A DNA stretch of 63,343 nucleotides, counting the filler, from Choristocarpus tenellus KU-1152 (taxonomy: Eukaryota > Protista > Phaeophyceae): assembly GCA_964200185.2 (NCBI GenBank). It is 12 parts of 12 records of this genome, joined end to end, with 100 filler letters (N's around TTAATTAATTAA, not from the genome) between each part and the next. Parts side by side here need not be neighbours in the genome. Positions count along the whole stretch, not along the records: positions 1 to 9,080 come from CAXNAD020004011.1; positions 9,181 to 14,803 come from CAXNAD020010215.1; 10 more parts are not named here. The stretch is one strand, 5' to 3'. Below, in pieces: positions 1-12,641 of this stretch. Each line of letters opens with the position of its first letter. The first letter of the stretch is position 1. A program made the translations under genes and the position numbers. Under the pieces are notes generated by a model. The model was not told the DNA's origin and made no database searches. It saw nothing but the letters and a program-made list of their open reading frames with translations.

Positions 1-27
1 TTTATCGAAAGTGCCCCGCATTGATAA

Positions 28-211
28 GGCTCAAAGTGTCTGGGTGGAGGGGGGGGGTCTACACCAGGGTGTTCATTCGGGCTCTGACCAGGAGAAGTGC
101 ACATACATTGTCCATCCAACGCATGCAACCAAATCACATAAAAAATCGTTACATGGAAAAATGGGCCCCGAATGGACAGTCACCATCCCCCCCCCCCAGA
201 TAGTTTGAGCA
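28..211 (-). mobile_element. MITE subfamily A (~180 bp)
   Basis: TIRs GGCTCAAAGTgTCTGGG.. / ..CCCCAGATAgTTTGAGC; internal sequence is the reverse complement of the copies at 10654 and 40992. Confidence 0.85.
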
Positions 212-1398
212 TTAGTCACCATTGAGGTGCAAGCCTAACATGAGAGACCAGGTTGGTGTATCAATACTCCATAGTTTTGAAAATATCAGAGGTCGTGGTA
301 TGACTCAATGAGATGATTCAGGGGAAATAGATTCCATTGGTCCAAGTGTTCCTCTTCGATATTTTCCACTGCACCTCGATCTTGGAGTGACTCTTTGAGG
401 GGCAAGTTTGCCCGCAGCGCAATCAATGCGCAGAACGTGTGTGAAAAACAAAAGTTGCTGTGTCACTACTTCAGATGCGCATACACCTCTTCATCTCCTT
501 CTACTGTCTAGGTAGTCTGGAGTGTCTACTTTCTTTTTATTTGGTGAGGGTTAGGGTTTGAGGATGAGGGTGGTAGGGGGGACGGACATAATGCAAAAGA
601 GCAATAATGTAAGAAATTGATACTGCCGTATTGTGTAAAAGTGGCCACCATGCTGCTTTATTGAGTACTTCGGATTGACCTATTACCCCCAAAATCTTAG
701 CATCATGAACAAAATCCGATCACTGGAGGAAACACTGTCACAGCATTGTGTTGAGATCAGTTAGAGTTAGGACGGGAACCCGCAGTGGTAGAGAAATGAG
801 TCGAGATACTTTCCAGGATAAGATTGGAGAGTTCATGGGTGTGGACAGGTGAATATGTGTGGACAGTCGAATATGTGTGTGGGTGTGGACAGGTGCAATC
901 ACATTGATCGAGGAGAGTTCATGGGACGTTTCGATACAGTTGCATGTGGTGCCTTGTAAACAGCGCTGGCATTAGTATTTTGATTTGGGGTTGGAGAGTT
1001 TGCACTTTGATAGAGGTCTCCACTGGTTGATGGAGATTGAGCGCAGGAGACAATTTGAATACAGAGCATTGTGTGGAAGGCATTTTGTACCTGAAAGTTG
1101 AAACCTCGAAACTCAGTAAGGCGTATCTATTTGTGGAAGAAAAATAACATCTCATCTGAAAATGTACTTGAGGTTTTGTATCCCTTTGGAAGGCGTATGT
1201 ACAATATAACAGAATAACTATATCCTTCCAGTACCCTCTACTCAGTTTCCATCTTGGCATGCATACTGCTACTTTGTACTTGTAGTTTTCATTTGAGTGT
1301 GTAAGACTCACCAGGGGGGAGTGTATAACTTTGAAGATGGGGGTACTTCCCTTCAACCAAAAACAAGCAGTGTCCTCCCATTCCATATAACAGATTGA

Positions 1399-1673
1399 CA
1401 CCTATAGTATCCTAAGGGATCGGTCAGGTGTCCGTTTGGAGCCTACGTGACCCTGTACTGATGCCCATCTCATAGGAGTAAATGTGTGAGATGTAAGGGC
1501 AGAAATCTTCATCTGAACGCACGTTCCTTTTCCATTCGCATGATGCTGAACCAAGTTTGAATTATCATCATTCTCAAAAGGGTTCTCCAACTGGGGTATC
1601 TTACAACACTTCATCAAGTCCCGAATGGACAACCTGGGCTAAACATCCCCCCCTCTACACAATACTTTGACCC
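1399..1673. mobile_element. Third related MITE-like element with the same terminal architecture but a different interior
   Basis: Left ..TAGTATCCTAAGGG..GTGTCCGTTTGG; right CCGAATGGAC..CCCCCCCTCT..ATACTTTGACCC. Confidence 0.55.
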
Positions 1674-1896
1674 TGAACTAGGTTGCCTAGTGCAAATGAC
1701 TGCTCCATAAGTTGCTTATCAACAAGCAGGTGATCATTGATGTTCACACCACTCATTATGTGGTGTTCAAAGAGTAATCGTTACTCCTACTCAGTCATGA
1801 CGCCGTCTTTCTTCCTACACCCTCCCTGCCCCGCTGCATGCCTGCATTGGTGGGGAAATTCTGTCTTTTGACCCAAGTCTAAAACGAAGCTTAGCC

Positions 1897-2336
1897 TTGG
1901 AGGCGATAGAAAGGCGTTCCCAAGAGGAGGAGGCTAGACGTCTGCGCCTTGCTTTGAAGCTGACTCTCCAAGGAAGTGACAGTCATCATCAGCTCGACCA
2001 CAGCCTAATCCATCACCAAGTCCCAGTACAGAGGTTGCAGTGTTCCACAGTGGTACATAACAATGGAGAGGAAGTGAACGAATACAGCATCACTCTTGAC
2101 CAAGACCATAGCCAAAGTAGCCACAGGCCCTCCGGTATTGTTCGTAGTGGGAACGTTGCCGCCATGGGAGATGTTGGACCTCTGGAGGTAGCCAATTCAA
2201 CCAAGTCTGCATCGTCCTCAATCCCCACTGCTAGAAGCTTCTTGCGGGCTGTAGGGGTTGAATCCAAAGAGGCAGGGAAGACTACCTGGGAACAGATGCC
2301 ACCAAAACAAATGCTGGTTCAGAGTAGTGAAAAGCA
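1897..2336 (+). CDS. Possible exon of an unknown low-complexity protein
   Basis: Longest clean ORF on this contig, with a coiled-coil-like start (EAIERRSQEEEARRLRLAL) and AG/GT-compatible ends; no homology recognised. Confidence 0.25.
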
Positions 2337-2788
2337 GGTCTTTTACTGCTGCTGGCTAGGCTGGTGACAATGCTACCCCTCATTCTAGGTAGGTTGCGTT
2401 GAACCTATCTCGTTAAGCATTTCAAGCTGACACATAAACAAACCAACCGTAGAAAAAATCAATCCATGGTGGAAGGAAGTATCTTCGATTGTGATGGTGT
2501 GCGACTTCTTTTCCTTGCAGGACTCTGTATAGCCTTTGCCCAGCTCCAGCGGCTAGATTGAACATGCACTTCTGAGGATGACAGTATCCAATGGAATAAT
2601 AACATTGTAAATTTGTGAGGAAATAGGATGATGGTCATAGGCTTACCAAGGAGAGGAAACCATTATGCCCCTTTTTTTCAAGTATTAAAACTTAACAATA
2701 TGACTTTAACACCCTTGGGCTACACCCACTGACACTGTCAGATAGGAGCAGGAGTTATAATAGGACGTATGAGGATTCCAAGAAGTAT

Positions 2789-2863
2789 GAGTCAAAGTAT
2801 CTTACAAGGTAGAGCCGCATCCGTTAGGGGGTCAAAATCCAATGTTTCGAATTTGAAGTAGTC
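2789..2863 (-). mobile_element. MITE subfamily B, truncated end (another half copy at ~56915-57029)
   Basis: GAGTCAAAGTATCTTAcAAGGTAGAGCCGCATCCGTTAGGGGGTCAAAATCC matches the B terminus. Confidence 0.75.
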
Positions 2864-4022
2864 AAGAAATTTGACCAGGATAGAAGTTGAGAGAAGGAGA
2901 GGGAGTCTCACGCGGCCCCCCTTGGCAAGCTTGAACATTGGTTTGTACACGGAAGAGTGAGATCTTGCGGAGTTGTTCTTGCTCATGTGTCTTCAGCATT
3001 ATTGGTCTACCTGACTGTTCCCTATCACCATGTATCGTCTGTCTTTATCGACGATCATGATCATATATAGGTGACAATTTATCAACTGCCTTGCCAATAT
3101 ATTGGTCATACAAAAAACATACCACAAAACAAACAAAGGACACACATCAATTATAACTTAGTCCAACTTTCCAATCTCATTGGTAGGATCTCATGGACTA
3201 GATTCAAGCATAGATTCACACACAAAAGAGGAAATAGCACCTTGCACTAATCCTCTTTAGCACAAGAGATATGCACTTGCTGATTATACACTGTGGGATC
3301 CACCCACCAGCCACGAGCTGTAGTAGTGCGACCCCCTTGGCACCTGGCATGCATCCATTCATTCACTCAAGCACAGTGAACGTTTGTTGGGTTCATTTAT
3401 CTTCAACAGCACTACCATTCAATTCGTTGCTACGCTGTACAGAGTGCTTGATACTGACTTGTACACTAGAGAGTGATCGAAAAGTATTTACATATTCTTG
3501 TTTATAGTAGTAGTAGTAGTAGTTTATGTGTTGTACATTCCCTGTTTCCTTGGTTGTATGGTGTTATAGGATAGTTTGAGGTCTTGTACTAGGTGGTGTG
3601 GTATGGGCAGAGGATACCACTCTGTAACAAACCTCGACAGATAGCACCTCATCCCTGGACCAATACAACCCTATATTATTGCAGTATGGTTATGAGAGAC
3701 CTTGGCGCTGCTATCTCTTGACATAATCCAACGACTGCTACTGTGGTATTCACCCTCTACATCACAAAAAGAGCTATTTTTTCGTGATATATGTTTATTT
3801 TAAAATGTACCTTCCGAGGTTGAGAAGGCATTGTGATTGATTGCCCAACACCATCACGGCAGGCTAGACTAACTTGTACAGAGTCATCTCATGTTCGGTT
3901 CTGTACTCTTTGATTATCCAAACTGCCTTCATCACCTTAGCTATTACAAGTGTGTAGGTCTTTAGCTTGAAAATTGAGAACGCCTCCATCCCAACTAACT
4001 TCGAATGTCATGTTTTGTGCAG

Positions 4023-4151
4023 GCATTTGTAGCAAAGTTTCCAGGTGCTGCAAAGTCTGCTGTTCAAGCAGGAGGCACCCCTGCAGTGGCCAAGAAAAAA
4101 CGCTCAACCGCCAACTCTAAGAAAATCACAAGTTTTTTCAAGGGTAAATGA
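4023..4151 (+). pseudogene. Terminal exon ending in a PIP-box-like motif (SKKITSFFKGK*), preceded by a disrupted coding-like segment ~3570-3958
   Basis: Pyrimidine tract and CAG acceptor, then an open frame with a basic NLS-like KKKR and the KITSFF motif before TGA; the upstream segment has stops and frameshifts. Confidence 0.3.
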
Positions 4152-7100
4152 TAGGTCAAGGTACCTACCATACAAGGTGTGTGCAAGTTTAAGTTGAGGG
4201 GACCCCCACCTCTATGTACCACCAGTGAGCAAGATGAAGTGAGGACCAGTCCTGCTCCTGGCTCTGTGGCACAGATATGGCCCATTCTGGCCCAATGGTC
4301 TTAAACCTAAACCCTGGACCAGCCCTGCGGGACTATGAAGCACCTTAACTTCGTTGTGACTCTGGAAGACAATGATGAGATAGATGTTGCCTTGGCCAGC
4401 TCTGTAGCTGAAGGAGCATGTTTCTGTGAATAGAATCGTGTTGAAAAATGAGAGAAGAATTTGGGCAAAAATTATAGGAATCATTTGAGGAGATTCCATC
4501 ACAGCGTGAGTGTAGAGAATTTCGTGTTTTCATTCATCAGTTTTTTTTACCCATGCAATGGTGTGGAATTTGTTTTTTACCCTCGGTGATTAGGCCATGT
4601 CAATGGTGTTGCCTGCTCTGTCACTCTCTTCGCTGCTGTTGCAGATGCCACCAGATCAACAACATTTGTGACATTTTCAAAAATATTTTCAGGATGATGA
4701 TTATATACTACAGCTACATGTGCTCGCACTGCCCTTTTGTAGAGGGTGTTGTCAGAGGGGAGATAAACGACGATTCTGTGGGTAGTAGACTTTGTGTTGA
4801 AAAGGCGAAGGAACACACCTTAGTCTTTGCAAATTTGTAAGCTTCTGCTGCTGTGTTTAATTGTGTACAACAAATACCTTCTTAAGTGTACTATTCTTAC
4901 ATACTCCGAAGTAGTGTAAACTATAAGCATTAGTTGTGTTTTGTCCTTAGCGAGAACCAAATGGACATAGCTGTCCCTCTAGATAATTTCCACTCAATCC
5001 AAAGTTGATGCTTAATAAAAATAAGGGAAGGATTCCAGGAGTCTAGTTAATCCTTGCCCGACCCAGTGGCTTGAGTCTCAGCTAAAAGCACATGACAGGA
5101 CGCAATTGGCATTACGTGACTTGTCCTGTTACTGAACGTAGATGTATCTTCACCTCCCTCTTCATAGTGAGCCCCTATATAACTCGATGCTGCTACATGC
5201 GTTGTATTGCCCATCCATGGAAATGATATTTTCGATGTAATCAGGGCCTCATGTGTGGCTTCTACAACTCATAGTAGAAAACGTGTATTCAAACGTAACG
5301 ACAAAATGTCGATTAAACACATTGCGAACATTTACTAGCCCTAACTCTCACAGGTTACACAACTAGTAATATCTGCCCACCAATCTAATGTCTCCAGCAT
5401 AATTAGATTAGGTCGTTTGTTAGGAATATTCACAAGGATAATTCAGGGAGTGAGAAAAAATCTCCAGAATTATTAGATCAGGCAGTCCGTTAAAAATATT
5501 TGGGACGATAGAGGGACTGAAGAATACTATACACTGTGCTTAACTGATGTTGTACCAGTCCACTCATGGCAGGATATCTTGGCCACTTGGAAAGAAGCAA
5601 CATTGAAAGTGATGCATATAGTCGCAGGTTTTATAGTCTTCATGGGAAATATGACAATCGCATGGCCACTTGCTCGTGTGTCCGAGAGTCCAAGGATACC
5701 AACATGTTCTATACATAGACAACCCATTTCGACCGCAAACTTCAGTGAGACACACCCATGGCGATTATAGAAACGGTTAGAAAAAGACTGGAACCGTGTT
5801 CTAACCATCTTACGGGTCCAACAGGCGAAGGATATTAACAGGTCATTTGATGAGCACAAGTATCGATAGTACTGCTATCAATAGCATACTATAAATAGAG
5901 GTTCAACAAAAAAAGAATCATATTGTTGATGGGGACGGTTTGAAAAACGTTGCATCCCCATCGTTTTGTTCCGTTTCACAAGTCGCAGTTCCAAGTACTA
6001 TAATAGCGGAGAGTAGAAACAGACTCCTGACGGTGTGAGCAGCAATAGCAAATTATTTTTTGTGTGTGTATGACTCAGTAACGAACTGTGGGATAAAAAA
6101 GGTTGAAGTATCCAAAACCACCATATCTTAATCAATACTTTTTAGTTGATTCTTGTTGGATATCAAGAAGAGGCCAATCTTTTGAGTTGCCAACAAATTA
6201 CAAAATATAGATTATACATTCAGTGGGGGTTTTGGGATCCGACAGTTGCAAGGATCCAAAACCGTTCTCCGACTTTTTTTCTCGATGGCATGGTCGCAGG
6301 ATGTTTGGAGGGCACCTCGCTTGCCACAAGAGGTAATTTATATTGCTTTTGACACAGCCACAGTTTGCAAAACTGTTAGAAAAAGGATCTAAAACCGTTG
6401 TCTAATCGATATATCACCTGCAGTCCCCTTTTCACAGGATACCAATAATATATTACTATATATAAATTATGCACTCTAACATTTTGCAGATGCGTCAGAG
6501 GAAAAACCAACAAAAAATATTCAAATGTCAGAAAAAAAAGTAAACAGTTGTCGTAAATGTCAAAGACACTCACCTATATTCTATTTTAATATCACCTATA
6601 CTGCACCACTCACTTCTTGTGCCTCCAACCTAGGTTTGTCCTGCACACCAGGGTGAGAAGCAATAGAACCATCCCAAGAATCAAACAAGCTTCTCCTTGC
6701 CGATCTCCCTGAGGTTTTGGTGGGAAATCTTGTAGTGCCTGGACAATACACCCATAAAATATGAACATGTAAAAAAAAAATCTTGCTTCTAAATTCGGGC
6801 TGCAACTTATGTTACGGATGAGGGATTACCACGCAAAATGATATAATAGTCAGAACAGTTGTAAACAAATGTTGGTCTTGGTTCGAGACCAATAACGAAG
6901 GAGCCCCTCCCAACACGACAAACAAGACTGGTGGTGGGCAAACCTCCTTTTGGTGGTCAGGAATTGTGTATCGCAAACACAGGCGGTTTTGAGCGACCTT
7001 TGTACTCCAAACAGCAATGAGACCCCTATGACCAATCGATGGAGACCGAACCCGTTCAAAATTATCGTCCCACATAGCTCCACCACATTGCTATGAAATA

Positions 7101-7488
7101 TACACATGGTTGCCACCATTGCAGTGATTTCATCTGTGAGATCATTTTGAACTCAAGTAGTCCAGGCGCGGCCTAACATCAACTCTGGGAATCCTATCTC
7201 GCCTCTCAACCGCCCTTCTAGAACGATAGAACCGGCGTAGGGGTACAGCATGTGACAGTAGTGTTCTGATTCTCGTTACACACAACGGTCGTTGTATGGA
7301 CGGGTAGTAATATATAGGTAAATATGACAACAAGAAGGAATAGATTCCAGAGCAGCAAAGGTTTCCCCAGACCACCCCCTCCAGTCAAGCCCCCGCAATA
7401 ATATAATCAACCAACACCTGAAGATCTTAGATATGGCAAGCACCTCAACCGCAAGTAGGAATAGGGCACGTGCAAGACCCAGTAGTAC

Positions 7489-7672
7489 AGAAAAGATGTG
7501 TGGGGGGGAGGCGGCTGTCCATTTGGGGACAATTTTCTTGTGTCTCGATTTTTGGGTAATTTGGTTCCATACGTTAGATGGATAATGAAAGTGCACTTTT
7601 CCTGGTTTTGATCCAAATGGACACTCTGGTGTAGACCTCCCCGCCCCAACCCCCCCCCAGATACTACGGGTT
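7489..7672 (+). mobile_element. MITE subfamily A, degraded ends
   Basis: GGCGGCTGTCCATTTGGGG...CCAAATGGACACTCTGGTGTAGACC..CCCCAGATACT. Confidence 0.8.
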
Positions 7673-7887
7673 GTGTACAAATGTAGGCATCAGGATTATT
7701 GGGTAACAAGTTGAGCCTCGGCACGATGAATGATGTATCGACCTTTTTTTCGCTCTCCATGAGGAAGCTACGTGAGAGCGAGAGAGGGATGTGGACAAAA
7801 AAATTATAAATAAATACAAATAAATATAAATAAATATAAAGAGGTCAAAATACAAAGAGAGAAGTTCGTACTCGGTGAACAATTTAG

Positions 7888-8410
7888 TAGCAGTCCCGAA
7901 ATGGTGCTTGTGGTTACCAATTAACCCGAAATATTGGAAATCAATCATGCACAACTAGATCATTGAAGGAGATAACGAATATCAAATTCCTTTCATGTCT
8001 CTCGTTTGCCTATTTTAGTATCAGTCCCGGAATGGTTCTTGTGGTTATCAATTCACCCCAAATATTGGAAATGAATCATGCACAACTAGATTATTAAAGG
8101 AGATAATGAATGTCAAGTTCCTTTCGTGTCTCTCGTTGCCTTGTCCGTTGTGCATATATGTCATCCCGTTAGAACCATCCATGCACAACAAAGTTAAGGG
8201 GAAAACAGAATGTAATGTTCTTTTCATGCCTCTTGTTGACTCGTCTGTATTGTCTATACATACAGATATATATATATATATCCGTTCTGCGCACACACAC
8301 ATACACATACACAATACGATCTTATCCCAATAAACCAACCATGCACAACAAAATTAAGGGGAAACCAGAATGTCAAATCCCTTTCGTGCCTCTTGTTGGC
8401 TTGTCTGTTG
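7888..8410 (+). repeat. Degenerate local tandem repeat (~135-bp units sharing ATGCACAAC..AAGG..GAAT.TCAA..CCTTTC.TG.CTC); another unit at ~8826-8960
   Basis: CAGTCCCGRAATGGT.CTTGTGGTTA.CAATT at ~7892, ~8022 and ~8828; ATGCACAAC at ~7947, 8078, 8181, 8341. Confidence 0.75.
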
Positions 8411-8424
8411 TCTGTTGTGTTTGT

Positions 8425-8470
<46 letters not shown>

Positions 8471-8536
8471 CTATATGTACCACACAATGAAGTGAAGATG
8501 TCCGACACCATCAATTTCCTAATTCATCACACATAA

Positions 8537-8721
8537 CAGCCGATTTCAAAAATTGAGGATGGAGCTTTTCATTAAGGATGGGATTGACCCCAAATTGACT
8601 GGGATAAAGTGTCGATATGATTTTCCTTTTAAATCACAATACAAAAAAGAACATATCGACACTTCATCCCAGTCAATTTGGGGTCAAGCTCATCCTCAAC
8701 GAAAAGCTCCATCCTCAATTT
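8537..8721. mobile_element. Fold-back/hairpin element with ~70-bp inverted arms; related ends at 40244-40268 and ~56852-56912
   Basis: AAATTGAGGATGGAGCTTTTC..TTGACCCCAAATTGACTGGGAT.AAGTGTCGATATG and its near-perfect reverse complement around a ~30-bp AT-rich loop. Confidence 0.8.
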
Positions 8722-9080
8722 CCTTACTCATCCCATGTCAGTAACGTGTACTTTCACACGTATGTCGTACGCAATATCGACCTCGAATATCAAGAGAGAA
8801 GTTCGTGATTGGTCACAAATCTTGTATCAGTCCTGGAATAGTTCTTGTGACTATGAATTCAACCGACTTATTGGAAATGTACCATAGAGGATCACTATGA
8901 ATTGAAGGAGGGAGAAAACACAGAATGTCGAATTCCTTTTCTGTTGTGTATGTCATCCCGCATAATCTCCACAACTACCACCACTGTACATTGATTGAAC
9001 ACAACCATCTTTAGCGCCATCACCTCATAACTTCGAAACCTGGAAAGGATGGGACTTATCTCAGTGCTTCGCCTGCGGCC

Positions 9081-9180
9081 NNNNNNNNNNNNNNNNNNNN
9101 NNNNNNNNNNNNNNNNNNNNNNNNTTAATTAATTAANNNNNNNNNNNNNNNNNNNNNNNNNNNNNNNNNNNNNNNNNNNN
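9081..9180. other. Artificial contig linker (N44-TTAATTAATTAA-N44). Identical linkers at 14804-14903, 20409-20508, 23474-23573, 27142-27241, 30554-30653, 37540-37639, 40144-40243, 48604-48703, 56752-56851, 59795-59894
   Basis: Eleven identical 100-bp spacers carrying a six-frame stop cassette between N runs; adjacent contigs are unrelated. Confidence 0.97.
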
Positions 9181-10653
9181 GGCTGCTGGAGTTTAGTGGC
9201 TCCTAGACAGTGGAACTTTCTCTTCTCCTTCCCCCCCAACGCAGCCCCCCCTCTTACTCCCACGCCGAATTTGCACCCTGTTTTATGTCCCATCCCGGTC
9301 ATGGAAAGGTTGACCATAGACCATTCTGGATGTCGCAAGTCAGACACAGGAGTACTCAACAGACTCTCGCTTAACAACGTTGTTGTCGCAACATGTTCAT
9401 CTGAGTGTAACTCTGCGGACAGGTGGGATGTTGTGGATAAAGCTTGAAGAAGTTATTGTGGCGTGAGACAGGAGATTGAGGGGCAAACCACACAAAGAGG
9501 AGGATTTTGTTGTAATGAAAATTGGAAGAAAAAATAAGAGCATGCAGACCACCATACGTTCGTTTGAGGAGCAAAAATAACTGATAAATTACACATCAAC
9601 GTCTTGTGTTTTGAGTTACTCTTAACTTGGTCGATAAAATTATAAGTTATGATCATTTTTTCTATTGTAATTAATCCGATTCACCTAATATAATTTAAGC
9701 AAATTACGGTTGAGAAAAGTTGTATTCTTGATGTACCCAGTCAAGAGGTATGAAGAAGTCAAGAGAGTTTTTGTCGAAGAATCTTGGACACAAAAAATGA
9801 AATGTATTGCCTCCCCACCCCCAAGAGGGATTTGGATTGAGTATGACCAAATTGAAGGTGAAAGTTTGGCATTAACAGTACTTCCAGAAGTCTGACCTCT
9901 AGAACTAATTTGAATGTTATTGACTTCGAAGTTGAATATTTAGATTCTACAAGACAGTTAAAATCCAAAGGACTAAGCTTGATATTACAAATTTTCATGT
10001 GTGTACTTTAGACAAAGCAATTGAGAGGTAGGAGGGATGCATTATAAGGATCCCGAGAAATGGTCAAAACACCACTCTTTGCGCAATAACTGGGGATATC
10101 GTCTTTACTGGATCGTGGTGTCATTTTACGTGTGGAAATGGGAAACAACAAAATTATGGGGAGTATTGTGTACATTAAGCAATAATTTAGGGTGCATTGT
10201 ACATGGAAGAAAAATTACTCAAAATGAAAATGTACCAAAACTGCCCTACCACTCAATTTCTTTCACTCAACATTTGGCTTATGGCAATAGATTTGCCACG
10301 TTCTCATCATTCAACATGCTTGTTTGATAACGTATGTTGTGTTCATCAGTCTCTTCTCTTTTTTCATGTTTTTGGGATTTACGTAGCTTTTAAGACTTGC
10401 TTCTCCCTAGCACCGAATCAATGAAGTGCATTCGACCATACTTGTAAGGAATGGTTTACCACATAAGACCAGAGTGTACAACACAATGCCACCTAGGTTC
10501 CTCTGGTTGCGTTTATTAGATCGTGGATATTGCCACCCTCGCCACTTTCCACACACATTTGGAAGGCAAATAAATGGGCGTCGGTCTTACCACCATATTC
10601 CCAAGTAGACCTTAAAAAACACCTTCACAATGTCTATCTTGACTTACAGGAAC

Positions 10654-10834
10654 GGCTTAAAGTATCTGGGGAGGGGTGGCGGCTGTCTATTTGGGGTCAA
10701 ATTTTAATGTCGCGATTTTTGGGTGATTTGGTTGCATACGTCGGATGGATAATGTAAGTACAATTTTCATGGTTTTGACCCAAATGGACACTCTGGTGTG
10801 GACCGCCCCCCGCCCCCCCCAGATACTTTGGGTC
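10654..10834 (+). mobile_element. MITE subfamily A, full length, apparent TSD AAC
   Basis: GGCTTAAAGTATCTGGGG ... CCCCAGATACTTTGGGTC; AAC on both flanks. Confidence 0.88.
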
Positions 10835-11365
10835 AACTACTTCCTCTACCTGTCAAACAGTGATTAATGGGATGTGCTGTGGTCTCTGTGTGTAAAACTG
10901 AATGGTGCGGTTGATTTGTATTGTACTCCTTTTGGTGAAGTGCATACAAGAAGTCACATGTGAGAAGTAGGAGGAAGTATATGTAGGAGGACAAGGAACC
11001 AGTTGTGAATACAACTTTAGAGAGTGAAATAAGGAGAGTGAGTGGTTGGTAGAAGCAAGTGCGGTTGATTGTGCTCAGTATAATAGGAATTGGGGGTTGG
11101 CTGAAGAGATCTATGGTCTCAGACGGTTAAGCGGGGAAAAAAAACATTGTCAGTGGATTGATAACAAGGTTGACTAGGTAAAGATCGCCCTCATGTACAA
11201 GGAGACCAGCTCACTTAGTTCTAAACAGTGGATAATAAGTACATACAAAATCAACCTTCTGAAGAGTGCTAATCATCACTTTGACATTGTCAGGATGATT
11301 ACCTACAAATTTACCTTGTAACCATAGAGAGGGGCTTCATCGCACTGGTAGCAGTGAGTGTGAAC

Positions 11366-11624
11366 GAGCCAAATTGTCTTAGAGGGTTGAACCGCGTCCA
11401 TTTGGGGGTCAAAATCCAATGTTGCGATTTTGATGTAATGTTGGCTATCGTGTTTGTAATGAAGTGTCGATATCCATGTTCCAGACACACCTCTTCATAA
11501 TGTACACATTTTATCTACTCCTAAACATTTTGGAGAAGGAAAATGTCATAAAAGAACCCATGGGAAGCTAAGCCCCAAATAGACAACAGGGCAAAACTCG
11601 TACCCTCTAAAGATACTTTCACTT
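11366..11624 (-). mobile_element. MITE subfamily B, full length, apparent TSD AAC
   Basis: Reverse-complement copy; AAC on both flanks. Confidence 0.85.
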
Positions 11625-12368
11625 AACAAAGGGCCAGACCGTGTCAGACTGCTAACAATCATTATTCGCTAAGGGTTCAAATTGAGGCCAACAATTCCCG
11701 AGGGATGGTTGCCTGCCAAGCGTACAGTATCTGGTGCAAGCAAATTCAAGTGCCCCTCCGGTACCGTGATGACAAAAAGGGCAATAAATCGTACAGTTCA
11801 TTGCCCGTCGTGCGATTCAGGGAGCGAAAACAACCACAGTTACGCACTCACCTCCTAGGTACAGACAGCAATTTCGTTTGGGAGTCCCTATTATCGCGCG
11901 TCTAGAAAAAAGGGCGCGGAAAAAGACGTAAACAGCACTCTATCCTGCCCTATAAAGGTGCTCCCACCTGCAGCTTTCGTCAAGCCAGGCAAATATAAAG
12001 GGACCAGTCCGAGGGCGGATCGGTTCCAATATGTTTTCTGATGTGCCCAGACTACTAGGTCTACCAAGTATTGGAACCTGTCTTGTCCAAAAAGAAATTT
12101 CTGGAAATGTTCGAACTAGGGTCGTGCAAGATTGTACGCTTACAGTGATAAGGTCAGAACTAACTGAGGTTGTGTAAATACATAAAAATATACATTACAC
12201 ACCTAACCAGCAGTCTTATTTTTTGTTAGTTTTCAAAACGTGTAATTCCATCGTTGCGGAAGGGATTTGTTACTCTTGTCCAGGTCAGTTTGACAGAGTG
12301 GACACAGATAATCGATGTTACTACATAGCAGTGGCTATCGGTAGATGCAAAGCAGTGGATATAATATG

Positions 12369-12641
12369 GAGTGAAAGTATATCTTAGAGGGTACGAGTTA
12401 TGCCCTGTTTGTCCCTTTGGGGCATGGCTTCCCCCACAGGTTTTATAAGGACATTTTCCTACTCCGAAATGTTTCGGAGTGGGTAAAAGTTGTATGTCTT
12501 GGAGTAGGCATGAAAAGGTGTGTCCAGAACAAAGGTATTGACACTTCCTAACAAACATGATAGCCAAAATTACGTCAAAATCGCGACATTGGATTTTGGC
12601 CCCCAAACGGACGCGGCTCTACCTCTAAGATACTTTAACTC
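12369..12641 (+). mobile_element. MITE subfamily B, full length
   Basis: GAGTGAAAGTAT..CTTAGAGGG ... CCTCTAAGATACTTTAACTC. Confidence 0.85.

Noticed and set aside
9125-9136. Recurring TTAATTAATTAA palindrome
   Set aside because: Always centred in identical N runs; an artificial six-frame stop linker, so cross-contig gene neighbourhoods are meaningless
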